Source: a bacterium
GTDB lineage: Bacteria > UBA8248
Length of the DNA stretch: 64,000 nucleotides
Direction of reading: 5' to 3'
NCBI GenBank assembly: GCA_965213685.1
Contig: CBDBZY010000003.1
Coordinates: forward strand, 128,001 to 192,000
A program made the position numbers and the translations under genes. A model generated the notes under the pieces. That model saw nothing but the letters and a program-made list of their open reading frames with translations. It did not search any database and was not told the DNA's origin. The stretch's first letter is position 1; each line of letters begins with the position of its first letter. This document shows positions 1 to 9,257 of the stretch, in pieces.

Positions 1-1
1 G

Positions 2-523
2 GAGGAGCCGGCCTGGTATCATCTGGTGGGCGTTGCGTTTGTGGTGGGCGGCATCGTTCTGCTCCTGTCCGGGAAGACGCAGGGGCGATGGAGCCGCTGG
101 GACGCGCGCTGGCCCGTGTTCGCGGCCATGATATCGGCGGTCGGCTCCATCTCGTGGAAAAAGGGCCTGGCCGCTTTCCCGAGCACCCTCGCCGCCTCGA
201 CGATAGGCGCGGCGGCCGCCCTCCTCGTGGTGGGCGCCTACGCCTGCCGCGCCTTGCGGGAGGAGGGCGCGGGCGACGTGCGTCGGGCGTTTTCGCCGTA
301 TATGCTGGGCGGCGTGGCGGCCGGCATGGGCATCTTCCTCTTCGCGTCTGCCCTGCGGGAGAGCGAGGTGTTCCGGGTGGTGCCGCTGGTGCAGACGAGT
401 CCCTTGTTCACCGTCTTGTTTAGCGTTATTTTTCTCCGGCGCATCGAGGCCATCACCTGGCGCGAGCCCGCCGGGGCGGCGATCACCGTGTGCGGCGTCG
501 TCCTCGTCGTCCTGCGCGCTTGA
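2..523 (+). CDS. DMT/EamA family transporter, C-terminal part (5' truncated by window edge)
   Basis: Multiple hydrophobic helices; EamA-like ending VVPLVQTSPLFTVLFSVIFLRRIE...GAAITVCGVVLV; the frame is open to the window start. Confidence 0.75.
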   Translation, partial: EEPAWYHLVGVAFVVGGIVLLLSGKTQGRWSRWDARWPVFAAMISAVGSISWKKGLAAFPSTLAASTIGAAAALLVVGAYACRALREEGAGDVRRAFSPYMLGGVAAGMGIFLFASALRESEVFRVVPLVQTSPLFTVLFSVIFLRRIEAITWREPAGAAITVCGVVLVVLRA

Positions 524-617
524 GGGGGGCGCGGCCGGATGGACTTCGGGCGCAAAAGCCAGTATATGGTCATCCTTTGAGGAATTCATGGGTTGAAGCC
601 CTCTTGGCCGTTCGCTC

Positions 618-695
618 GTCCCCATCGTCTAGCCTGGCCCAGGACACCGGCCTTTCACGCCGGCAACAGGGGTTCGAATCCCCTTGGGGACGCCA
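618..695 (+). tRNA. tRNA-Glu (TTC)
   Basis: GTCCCCA...TGGGGAC acceptor stem with GCCA end, anticodon arm CCGGC-CTTTCAC-GCCGG, T-loop GGTTCGAATCC. Confidence 0.97.
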
Positions 696-723
696 GCCGG
701 AGGCGCCGGGCTTGTGTTTTTTC
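695..723 (+). terminator. possible intrinsic terminator after tRNA-Glu
   Basis: Short GC hairpin AGCCGG-AGGCG-CCGGGCT followed by TGTGTTTTTT. Confidence 0.35.
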
Positions 724-796
724 TGCGGTTCCCATCAACGGGTTGTCCGCCTCGTCTGATGGGACGTGATTTGGAATGACAAGAAGGACACGCCGG

Positions 797-1786
797 ATGT
801 TTTCCTTTGATGGAAAATCGATTTTGGTGACCGGGGGAACGGGCTCGTTCGGCAGGAAATTCGCCGAGATATTCCTGGGGCGCTACAAGCCGAAAAAATA
901 CATTGTCTTCAGCCGGGATGAATTGAAGCAGCATGAGATGCGCCGGCAGTTTCCGGATTCGCCCACCTCGCCCCTGCGCTATTTTATCGGGGACGTCAGG
1001 GACAAGGACAGGATGTACAGGGCCTTTCACGAGGTGGATGTTGTCGTGCACGCGGCCGCGCTGAAGCAGGTGCCCGTCTGCGAGTACAATCCTTTTGAGG
1101 CGGTGAAAACAAACATTCATGGCGCGCAGAACGTGATTGACGCCGCCATCGACAACGGCGTCGAGCGGGTGATGGCCCTCAGTACGGACAAGGCGGTGAG
1201 CCCGGCCAATTTGTATGGGGCGACGAAACTGTGCGCGGAAAAAATGTTTGTCCATGGCAACAACTATTCCGGGGGCGCCCGGACGACGAGATTCGCGTGC
1301 GTGCGCTACGGGAACGTTGTGGGCAGCAGGGGGAGCGTTCTGCCCGTTTTCAACGAGCAGCGGCGGAGCGGGAAGATCACCGTGACGGATGAACGCATGA
1401 CCCGTTTCTGGCTTACTCTGGAGCAGGGCGTGGAGTTCGTCATTCGCTGTATCTCGCAGATGGAGGGGAGCGAGGTTTTCGTTCCCAAGGTTCCGAGCAT
1501 GAGCGTCATGGAGTTGGCCGAGGTGGTCGCTCCGGATTGCGCGATTGACATTGTCGGCATCCGGCCCGGCGAGAAATTGCACGAGGTGCTCATCTCGCCG
1601 GAGGAGGCCAGATATTCCGTTGAACGCGATGCCATGTATGTGATTCGGGGCAACCCCTTTTCCCGAAGCGGGAGAGCACCCGAGGAGGGCAGCCCCCTCC
1701 CGGATGGATTCAGCTACACGAGCGATGCGAACGCGCAATGGCTCAGCAAGGAAGAGTTGAAAAAGTGGATTCGCCTGGACGGGTGA
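797..1786 (+). CDS. pseB: UDP-N-acetylglucosamine 4,6-dehydratase (5-inverting), PseB/FlaA1
   Basis: TGGTGSFG, FSRDELKQHEM, HAAALKQVP, LSTDKA, YGATK, RYGNVVGSRGSV and GIRPGEKLHE motifs. Confidence 0.93.
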   Translation: MFSFDGKSILVTGGTGSFGRKFAEIFLGRYKPKKYIVFSRDELKQHEMRRQFPDSPTSPLRYFIGDVRDKDRMYRAFHEVDVVVHAAALKQVPVCEYNPFEAVKTNIHGAQNVIDAAIDNGVERVMALSTDKAVSPANLYGATKLCAEKMFVHGNNYSGGARTTRFACVRYGNVVGSRGSVLPVFNEQRRSGKITVTDERMTRFWLTLEQGVEFVIRCISQMEGSEVFVPKVPSMSVMELAEVVAPDCAIDIVGIRPGEKLHEVLISPEEARYSVERDAMYVIRGNPFSRSGRAPEEGSPLPDGFSYTSDANAQWLSKEELKKWIRLDG

Positions 1787-2029
1787 TCGGGCGTCGCCCG
1801 GGCACCAGCCGTTGATCTGGAAGCTACTACACCCGGATATATCCAGCGGATAGAGCCGGGGGCACTGCGTGGGCGGCGGATGACGCCTCCGTAGCACTCT
1901 GCAGCACTCTCTGGCCGGGCGGCCGCAGGAGGCGGTCCGCCCCGAGGCCGGGACGCCTTGTATTCTCGACGCCCCGGCCTTCTGTGTGTGCTCTGGTCTT
2001 TCATGATTTTCATGATTTGCTTGGAGAGG

Positions 2030-2734
2030 ATGGTGAGCCTGACCTGTCTGATACCGGCCCGCGGAGGCTCCAAAAGATTTCCTTCAAAGAACATCGCCCT
2101 GTTCAGAAACAAGCCGCTGATTGCGCATGCTATCGGGACGGCGGCCGCGTCCGGCTTGTTTGGGGAGATATGGGTTTCCACCGATGATGCGGCCATTGAG
2201 GAGGTTGCAAAAAGCGCGGGCGCGCGCATCCATGAACGCCCTCCCGAACTGGCGGATGATGCGACCACAGTCGCGCAGGTTTGTCTTGATTTTCTCGGCT
2301 GGCTGCGCGGCCAGAACAGGGAGATAGACGTTCTGTGCACCATTTTGCCGACCGCCGTCCTCCTGCAGCCGGGCGATCTTCGCGGAGGCCATGCGCTTTT
2401 TGAACGCGGAGAGTGCGATGTGGTAATGGCCGTGACGGAGTACTTCAAGCCGCCGTTTTGGGCGCTCGCCGAGGAGAACGGATTTTTGAAGCCCGCTTTC
2501 GGGCGGGAGTATTTTTTGAGAAACAGCCAGTTTTTGCCGGAAGTGTTTGCCGATAGCGGCTCATTTTATTTTGCGAGGACGGATGCGTTCGAGAGAGAGA
2601 AGATATTTTACGGGGGACGCCTGAAGGGCTACAAGATTCCGAAGACCCACGCCTTCGATATTGATGAGCCGATTCATTTGCACATCGCGGAGTCTTTGCG
2701 CGACTATCGGGAGAAGCATCCGGATGGCGGGTGA
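2030..2734 (+). CDS. acylneuraminate (nonulosonate) cytidylyltransferase, PseF/NeuA-like
   Basis: IPARGGSKRFPSKN, VSTDD, RPPELADD, DSGSFY and DIDEP motifs; GGAGAGG RBS before ATG 2030. Confidence 0.88.
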   Translation: MVSLTCLIPARGGSKRFPSKNIALFRNKPLIAHAIGTAAASGLFGEIWVSTDDAAIEEVAKSAGARIHERPPELADDATTVAQVCLDFLGWLRGQNREIDVLCTILPTAVLLQPGDLRGGHALFERGECDVVMAVTEYFKPPFWALAEENGFLKPAFGREYFLRNSQFLPEVFADSGSFYFARTDAFEREKIFYGGRLKGYKIPKTHAFDIDEPIHLHIAESLRDYREKHPDGG

Positions 2735-2832
2735 AGCCCTTCTCCCGTCGCTCCCGGAATGAGACGGGCGCTCCGTTTCCGTGCCGGCAACGATGCCGGC
2801 GCCCCGGAGGGGGGTGATTCCAGATTCAAAAG

Positions 2833-3768
2833 TTGCTTGTCACAGGCGCGAGTGGATTGTTGGGCGGCAATTTGGCTTGGCAAGCCTCCTGGCAGTATCG
2901 CGTATTCGGGGTGTCGCGCTCCGCTTCTGTCCGTTTTTCCCCCTGGAGCGGGGTGCAGTGCGATCTTGCGGAAAAAACATCCACCCATCGTTGTTTGAGC
3001 CGGATTGCGCCCGACGCCATCGTTCATGCTGCGGCGATGACCGATGTGGATGCGTGCGAGAAAGACCCTGGGTTGGCGATGGAGCAGAACGTGCTCGTGT
3101 CGTCAACGATTGCGGAGTGGGCGCATGCGCACAAGTCGTTTCTCCTCTACATATCTACGGATGCCGTTTTTGACGGCACAGAGGGGGGATATGCGGAGGA
3201 TGCGCACCCGAAGCCTCTGAACGCATATGCGCGCACCAAACTCATGGCCGAGGAGGCTGTACGCTCGATTTGTCCGGAGAGCTTGATCCTGAGGACAAGC
3301 CTATACGGGTGGAATTCCCGAGACAGACTCGGTTTCGGGGAATGGGTGCTGCGCGGGTTGCTGGAAAAAGAAAGAAGGACGATGTTCACGGACGTATATT
3401 TTTCGCCTCTGTATGCGGGCGATTTGGCTCGCGTGATTCTGGATTTGATACCGATGCGGGCAACGGGCGTATATCATGCGGGCGCCTCCGATGGCTGCTC
3501 GAAGTATGCGTTTGCTCATCTGTTGGCCGAGGTTTTCGGCCTGGATACAGAGCCGATAGTGCCGGTTTCCATAGAAGATGTGTCGTTGGCTGCGCAGCGG
3601 CCGAGGGATACGACCTTGCGCATCGGGAAGCTGCGGAATCTGCTGGGCCGACCCATGCCGACGATGGCCGAAGGCGTGCGGAGATTCCACGATTCTTTGC
3701 GAACGGGATTCGTGAAATCCTTGAAGGGAGAATTGCCGCCCTGGCTGGTGGGTTGCGGCGGTGGGTAG
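2833..3768 (+). CDS. RmlD-like NDP-4-keto-6-deoxysugar reductase (SDR)
   Basis: VTGASGLLG, HAAAMTDVDACE, YISTDAVFDG and YARTK (YxxxK). The true start is probably GTG 2814 after GGAGG, with one extra A in the run at 2828-2831. Confidence 0.85.
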   Translation: MLVTGASGLLGGNLAWQASWQYRVFGVSRSASVRFSPWSGVQCDLAEKTSTHRCLSRIAPDAIVHAAAMTDVDACEKDPGLAMEQNVLVSSTIAEWAHAHKSFLLYISTDAVFDGTEGGYAEDAHPKPLNAYARTKLMAEEAVRSICPESLILRTSLYGWNSRDRLGFGEWVLRGLLEKERRTMFTDVYFSPLYAGDLARVILDLIPMRATGVYHAGASDGCSKYAFAHLLAEVFGLDTEPIVPVSIEDVSLAAQRPRDTTLRIGKLRNLLGRPMPTMAEGVRRFHDSLRTGFVKSLKGELPPWLVGCGGG

Positions 3769-4876
3769 GATTCTCTACGTATCGCAAGGATATTCCACGC
3801 ACGACAGGAGATTTTTGGAAGAGCTGGGCAAATCCGAACACGCCGTCTGGTTCTTGCCTTTTGCGGAGGGTGCCTATCGCCTGGAGTCTCGCCCGCTTCC
3901 CGACGGGATACAGGCGCTTCCCCCGCTACTGAAAAACAAGGAGACGCCGAGCGTTCCGGACTGGCCGGCTCTCGTTCTGCGCTTTCGAAGACGCCTGCTC
4001 GAGGCGGCACCGGATATCGTTCATGCGGGACCGGTGCAGACGGGCGCCTTCCTGGCCGCGCTTTGCAAGACAGCACCTTTGCTTGTCATGTCCTGGGGGT
4101 CGGATATTCTGGTTGTTCCGGACAAGAATCGGTGGATGCGCCGCCTGACGACGTTCACGTTGGCGCGCGCGGATATGGTTCTGGGAGATTGCGCGGCCGT
4201 CCGGGAGCGCGTGTCGTGCCTGTCTGGTTTGCGGGACGATCAGATAGTGTGTTTTCCGTGGGGGATCGACGTCCGGAAGTTTATGCCCGGGAAATCAACG
4301 ATGGGCCTGCGAAAAAGGCTGGGCTGGGAGGATCGCTTCATCGTCATTGCCACAAGGGGTTTCGAGGCGATTCACGCACCCCTCGTTTTCCTCGAGGCTA
4401 TGAAACGGGTGGTGGCCTCTCGCCCTGACGTGGGGGCGATCATGATCGGCGATGGCGGTTTGCGGTCCCGAGCGGAGGAGTTTATCGATAGGAACGATCT
4501 CGCGGGCCACGTGTATTGCCCCGGCCGGATACCGAACCCGAACATGGCCGACCATTTCCATGAGGCGGATTTGTATGTGAGCACCACGCTCAGTGACGGC
4601 ACATCGGTCAGCATGCTGGAGGCCATGGGTTGCGGTCTTCCCGTGGCCGTTGTAGATGGCTACGGGAATCGCGAATGGGTGGTGCCGGAGAAGAATGGAT
4701 GGTTGTATCCGACCGGAGACGCCGAAGCCCTGAGCCGGGTGATTCTGGACGCCTGTCCAAAAGAACCGGAACGAATGAAAATGTCGCATCGCAACAGGAT
4801 GCTCGTCGAGGAGAGGGCGGACTGGAGCAAAAATATCGGGCAACTGTTTGACATCTATGAACGTCTATCGGGTTAG
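3761..4876 (+). CDS. glycosyltransferase family 4
   Basis: WGSDIL, PWGID and DGTSVSMLEAMGCGLP (GT4-type acceptor region); overlaps the upstream stop. Confidence 0.85.
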   Translation: MGRILYVSQGYSTHDRRFLEELGKSEHAVWFLPFAEGAYRLESRPLPDGIQALPPLLKNKETPSVPDWPALVLRFRRRLLEAAPDIVHAGPVQTGAFLAALCKTAPLLVMSWGSDILVVPDKNRWMRRLTTFTLARADMVLGDCAAVRERVSCLSGLRDDQIVCFPWGIDVRKFMPGKSTMGLRKRLGWEDRFIVIATRGFEAIHAPLVFLEAMKRVVASRPDVGAIMIGDGGLRSRAEEFIDRNDLAGHVYCPGRIPNPNMADHFHEADLYVSTTLSDGTSVSMLEAMGCGLPVAVVDGYGNREWVVPEKNGWLYPTGDAEALSRVILDACPKEPERMKMSHRNRMLVEERADWSKNIGQLFDIYERLSG

Positions 4877-4894
4877 GTTGCGGGGTTCTGCGAT

Positions 4895-5974
4895 ATGCCG
4901 AATTTTCAGATCGGGGATCGGTGGATTGGCGATGCCCACCCCACGTATTTCATAGCGGATATCGCCGCCAACCATGACGGCAGCCTGGAGCGGGCGAAGC
5001 GGCTTGTTCGGCTGGCGAAGGAAGCGGGGGCCGACGCCGCCAAGTTTCAGCATTTCAGCGCACCGAAGATCGTGAGCGAATACGGGTTTGGCGCCATGCG
5101 GGGCAAGTTGTCCCACCAGGCGGGGTGGGAAAAGTCGGTGTATGAGGTGTATGAGGACGCCTCCGTCCCCTGGGAATGGACGGAGGAGCTGAAAACCTGC
5201 TGCGATGAGGCGGGCATTGATTTCTTTTCGTCTCCGTATGATTTCGGGGCGGTGGATTTTCTGGAGCCGTATGTGGATGTCTACAAAATCGGCTCAGGCG
5301 ATATCACCTGGCATGAGATGCTTCGCAAAATCGCAGGCAAGGGCAAACCCGTTATCCTGGCGACCGGCTCCTCGGACCTGGGAGACGTCCAGCGGGCGGT
5401 CCGGTGTATTCTGCAGAGCAACGGAGAATTGGCGCTTCTTCAATGCAACACGAACTACACGGGCTCGGAGGAGAATTTTCGGCACATCCACTTGAACGTG
5501 CTGCGGACGTTTCGTATGCTCTACCCCTCCGTGGTGGTCGGCCTCTCCGACCATACGCCAGCCCATGCGACAGTTTTGGGGGCGATCGCCCTGGGGGGCA
5601 GGGTCGTGGAGAAGCATTTTACGGACGATGTCAATCGAAAAGGCCCCGATCATGCGTTTTCGATGACGCCCGACGCCTGGTGCGAGATGGTCGATAGGGC
5701 ACGGGAGCTGGAGGCGGCTCTGGGGGGAACGGAAAAAGCGGTAGGCGAGAACGAGCGCGACACGGTGGTCGTGCAGAGAAGGTGCCTGCGCGCGCGGTCG
5801 GACCTGGAGGCGGGAACGATCGTCGCGCGCGAGCATATCGAGATTCTCAGGCCCGCCCCCCCGGACTCCATCGCTCCATATGATGTGGAGAAAATCATCG
5901 GGAAACGAATCAGCCGACCGATGCGGGCGGGCCAGGAGTTCACGTGGGATGTGGTGGTGGGGGCAGTGGCGTAA
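4895..5974 (+). CDS. N-acetylneuraminate-synthase family (NeuB/PseI-like) nonulosonic acid synthase with C-terminal SAF domain
   Basis: FIADIAANHDG, ADAAKFQ, YKIGSGD, GLSDHT, EKHFT and GPDH motifs, plus a SAF-like tail. Confidence 0.92.
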   Translation: MPNFQIGDRWIGDAHPTYFIADIAANHDGSLERAKRLVRLAKEAGADAAKFQHFSAPKIVSEYGFGAMRGKLSHQAGWEKSVYEVYEDASVPWEWTEELKTCCDEAGIDFFSSPYDFGAVDFLEPYVDVYKIGSGDITWHEMLRKIAGKGKPVILATGSSDLGDVQRAVRCILQSNGELALLQCNTNYTGSEENFRHIHLNVLRTFRMLYPSVVVGLSDHTPAHATVLGAIALGGRVVEKHFTDDVNRKGPDHAFSMTPDAWCEMVDRARELEAALGGTEKAVGENERDTVVVQRRCLRARSDLEAGTIVAREHIEILRPAPPDSIAPYDVEKIIGKRISRPMRAGQEFTWDVVVGAVA

Positions 5975-6036
5975 TTTGCATGTAAATCACTGCGCGCACA
6001 TGGGTGGACGCGGCGCGTTTGATTGTGCGGGGACGC

Positions 6037-7923
6037 ATGAAGCAGTTAATTCTGACGGGAACGGATTCCATACAGAGTGCGCACGAAGCGGAGCATCTGG
6101 GCCCCTGGTCGCTTTCCGACGCCCAGTTTTTTCAGTGGGGATGGGAGAAGCGCGGAATCGGGCGCGCCGTCCGGCACGAGGACATTCTGCCCGTCTCGAG
6201 AAGTCTGGAGAGGGTTTGTGAATTTTATATCGCCCGCTTGAGTTGTCGGCAGAACGAGAGGCATCGCCGTTCTTACTCCAATCGGTATTGGCGCATGTTG
6301 CTGGTGTCATGGCTGCTTCGATTGGTCATGTCTTCTTTCGAGCGGTTTTTGCGAATCAGGAAGCGGATACAAGGCGGGACGCCGTATTTGGTGTATCTTG
6401 CCCCGCGGCTAGAGAGTTTCCCGTCCCTTGCGACCTCCCATTTTAATGCGCTGATGCTCGCCGATCCGCTGAACCGGCTTATTTTCAGCCGTTTTCTCCG
6501 CGCGTATCAGCCGGAGGGGTGGATCATGCGGGACGGTCCCCCTGCCGCAAGGGATGGATTCTCCCTTGGGGGGGTGCCCCGAAATGGCTCCGCACCGGAC
6601 CACCTCGCCAAATTCCGGAAGGTGCAAAGAAAGCTGGAAATGTATCAGTGGGCCAACATCCTGGCCTCCAACCTGGGATGCGTCCAGTTTCAGAGGGTAT
6701 ATGGCCTGAATCCGTTGGACAGCGTGTCCATCGCTCTCCGGATGCTGTTCCGCAACAGAAGGCGTTGGAGAAGTGCCGCAAAATCATTTCATCCAGAGTC
6801 CGGCGGAGAGAAGGAAAACATCTCGAAGGATGATGCGATGGGGGAAATCCGGTCGATTCAAGGGATAGATGCGAAAGAAGCCGGGATTTTCCTGGAGGTT
6901 GTGGACGGCCTCGTGGAGGAGACGATGCCGAAATCGTTCACGGACAATTTTCGCGAAAACGAGAAGAAGGCGTTGAGGAGGGTGAAGGCGACAGCCCCTT
7001 GGACGGACACCGTCGTCTGCGGCGGCCCCGTTTTCGGCGATGACGACCGGGAGAAGTTTTATATAGCCAGCCTGTTGGAGAGACGCCCGATAAAGCTGGC
7101 GATCAACCAGCACGGAGGAAATTACGGCCTCAGCGAGGCGACGCCGTGGCAAAGTCTCGTGGAGTATGAAACGGCGGACAGGTTCATATCATGGGGGTGG
7201 AAGCGTCAATCGGATTATCCGGTGACCGCCGTGCCGGCCTCCTCTCCCCTGCTTTCCAAAATGAAGAAAAGCCGAAAGCGCAATTCCTCCATCGTTTTGG
7301 TGGCCCCCGGCCTGCCTGCGTATTCGGGATTGCTGCATACGGAACATTTCCCTGAGGATGTTGCGCAGCATATGGCGGACAAGGCGAATTTCGTGCGTCA
7401 CCTCAACGACGCGCCGCGCTCCGTCCTGCTGTATAGACCACATATAACGAGTGCTAGCAGGCGGAACGCTGCGCTCTACATGGAGAGAAGTCTTGGCGTA
7501 GAAATTCTCCAGGGGAAATTGGTGGCACCCCTCTCGGGGCGGCTGTCCCCTGCGCTATCGCAGTGCGGGGTTTGCGTTCTGCAGTATCCGGGAACGACGG
7601 CCGCGTTCACGATGGCGGCGGGCATACCGACCGTCTTGTTCTGGGACAAGGATGTTTGGCGCTTTTCCCGGCAGGGGCGGGCCGCTCTGGAAAAACTGTC
7701 CGCGGCGAACGTCTATCACGCATCCCCGGAGAGTGCGGCGCGGCACCTGAACGCCGTCTGGCCGGATGTGGATGCGTGGTGGGAGGATGACGCGACGCAG
7801 GCAGCGGTGGGCGAATTTGCGAATCGCTACTACCGGAGCAGCAAGAACTGGCGCTCGGAGTGGGCGGACCTGCTCTCCTCGGCGGATTCGGAATTGTGGC
7901 GGGACGGGTCGGGGGCGCGCTGA
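6037..7923 (+). CDS. LIC12162-family putative transferase (surface glycan)
   Basis: LGPW at the N-terminus, LNxxHxxxYSxRYWRMLLxxWL-like segment, QHGGNYG, FISWGW, and C-terminal H.SPESAARHLN.VW..VDAWW resemble the Leptospira LIC12162 family. Confidence 0.7.
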   Translation: MKQLILTGTDSIQSAHEAEHLGPWSLSDAQFFQWGWEKRGIGRAVRHEDILPVSRSLERVCEFYIARLSCRQNERHRRSYSNRYWRMLLVSWLLRLVMSSFERFLRIRKRIQGGTPYLVYLAPRLESFPSLATSHFNALMLADPLNRLIFSRFLRAYQPEGWIMRDGPPAARDGFSLGGVPRNGSAPDHLAKFRKVQRKLEMYQWANILASNLGCVQFQRVYGLNPLDSVSIALRMLFRNRRRWRSAAKSFHPESGGEKENISKDDAMGEIRSIQGIDAKEAGIFLEVVDGLVEETMPKSFTDNFRENEKKALRRVKATAPWTDTVVCGGPVFGDDDREKFYIASLLERRPIKLAINQHGGNYGLSEATPWQSLVEYETADRFISWGWKRQSDYPVTAVPASSPLLSKMKKSRKRNSSIVLVAPGLPAYSGLLHTEHFPEDVAQHMADKANFVRHLNDAPRSVLLYRPHITSASRRNAALYMERSLGVEILQGKLVAPLSGRLSPALSQCGVCVLQYPGTTAAFTMAAGIPTVLFWDKDVWRFSRQGRAALEKLSAANVYHASPESAARHLNAVWPDVDAWWEDDATQAAVGEFANRYYRSSKNWRSEWADLLSSADSELWRDGSGAR

Positions 7924-9257
7924 TGGCCAGGGTATCGCTTGCGACAGGGCTGTTCGGCGATTTCGATGTGGCGGACGAGCAGCTGGCCGGCGTGTATGGC
8001 CCCGCCGCACCGAAGTGCGCGGGCCTGGATGACGGGGAGCTGCGGGCGCGGATTCGGAACCCGATTGGCACCCCCCCTCTGCGGAAGATGGCCGGGGGTG
8101 CGAGGAGGGTGCTGATCGTCACGGACGACAATACGCGCCATACCCCTCTGCATCGCGTGCTCCCGCCCATCCTGGAGGAACTCGCCGAGGCGGGCGTTCC
8201 GGATGCGTCCATCCGCATCCTGATCGGGTTGGGGACGCATCGCGCCATGACGGAGTCGGAGATACGGCGCAAATTCGGCGCCGATTTGGTCGCGCGGTTC
8301 CGGATTCGGAACCATGAGTGGGAAAACCCCCGGGCGCTGATTTCCCTGGGGCCCAGCGGGCTGGGCTTTGACGTGCGGATGAACAGGGAAGTTCTGGAGA
8401 CGGATTTCCTCATATCCGTCGGCAGCATCATCCCGCACGCGACCGCAGGGTTCTCCGGCGGGGCGAAGAGCGTCATGCCCGGCATTTGCGGGGAATCGAC
8501 GATAGAGGCCACCCATTGGGCGGCACTGGATTATGAGATGAGCGAGATTCTCGGCAATTTCGACAACAAGGTGCGGGAGGCGTGCGTGCGCGTCGCCCGC
8601 CAGGCCGGCGTCCGCTTTATGGTCAACACGATCATGATGGACGACGAAAGAATGTATGACGCGGTGGCGGGCGACGTGGAGTCCGCCCATCAGGTGGGAT
8701 GCGACCGGTGCCTGGAATTGTACGGGGTGCCGGTGGACGGGAAGGCGGAGGTGGTCGTGGCGGAGGCCTGGCCGTCCGACATTGATCTGCGCCAGGCCAT
8801 CAAGGCCGTCTGTTCGGCGGATGTTGTCTGCCGGGACGGGGGGGTTATCATACTGGCCGCGGATTGCCGCGAGGGCGTCTCTCCCCAGTTCCCGAACTTC
8901 GAACGCTACGGATTCCGGGACCCGGACGCCCTGTATCGCGCGGTGGAGGCGGGCGAATTTCGGGAGAAACTCCTCGCCTACACGCTGGTCGCGATTGGCA
9001 GAATCATCTCGAAGAGGGTGAAGGGCGTGCTCGTTTCTCCCCATATTCAGCGCGAGGAGGCGAACCGCATGGGGTTCGGCTGGTCCGGCTCCCTGCAGGC
9101 TGCGGTGGATGACGCCCTGGGGATGGCGGGCGCGGACGCGAAAGTGATGGCGCTTCGGCAGGCGGGGCAGATCATGCCCCTGATTCCGGGAGCTTCGAAA
9201 AAATGCGCATCTGACGATAGGCAGGAAGAACGTCCGACGAGAGGGGCAAAGAGATGA
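7923..9257 (+). CDS. larA: LarA-family nickel-pincer-dependent alpha-hydroxyacid racemase/epimerase
   Basis: NPIGTPPL, DDNTRHTP, GLGTHR, PHATAGFSGGAKSVMPG, ATH, RQAIKA and GGVIILAADC.EG motifs; TGATG overlap with the upstream gene and ATGA overlap with the downstream gene. Confidence 0.88.
   Translation: MARVSLATGLFGDFDVADEQLAGVYGPAAPKCAGLDDGELRARIRNPIGTPPLRKMAGGARRVLIVTDDNTRHTPLHRVLPPILEELAEAGVPDASIRILIGLGTHRAMTESEIRRKFGADLVARFRIRNHEWENPRALISLGPSGLGFDVRMNREVLETDFLISVGSIIPHATAGFSGGAKSVMPGICGESTIEATHWAALDYEMSEILGNFDNKVREACVRVARQAGVRFMVNTIMMDDERMYDAVAGDVESAHQVGCDRCLELYGVPVDGKAEVVVAEAWPSDIDLRQAIKAVCSADVVCRDGGVIILAADCREGVSPQFPNFERYGFRDPDALYRAVEAGEFREKLLAYTLVAIGRIISKRVKGVLVSPHIQREEANRMGFGWSGSLQAAVDDALGMAGADAKVMALRQAGQIMPLIPGASKKCASDDRQEERPTRGAKR

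Noticed and set aside
490-759. Short ORFs across the tRNA genes (490..759 and 55143..55364)
   Set aside because: They are translations of tRNA-Glu and tRNA-Ala.
1787-2029. Gap between pseB and the cytidylyltransferase as a pseC remnant or ncRNA
   Set aside because: Translating the forward frames gave no aminotransferase motif, and I saw no convincing RNA structure.
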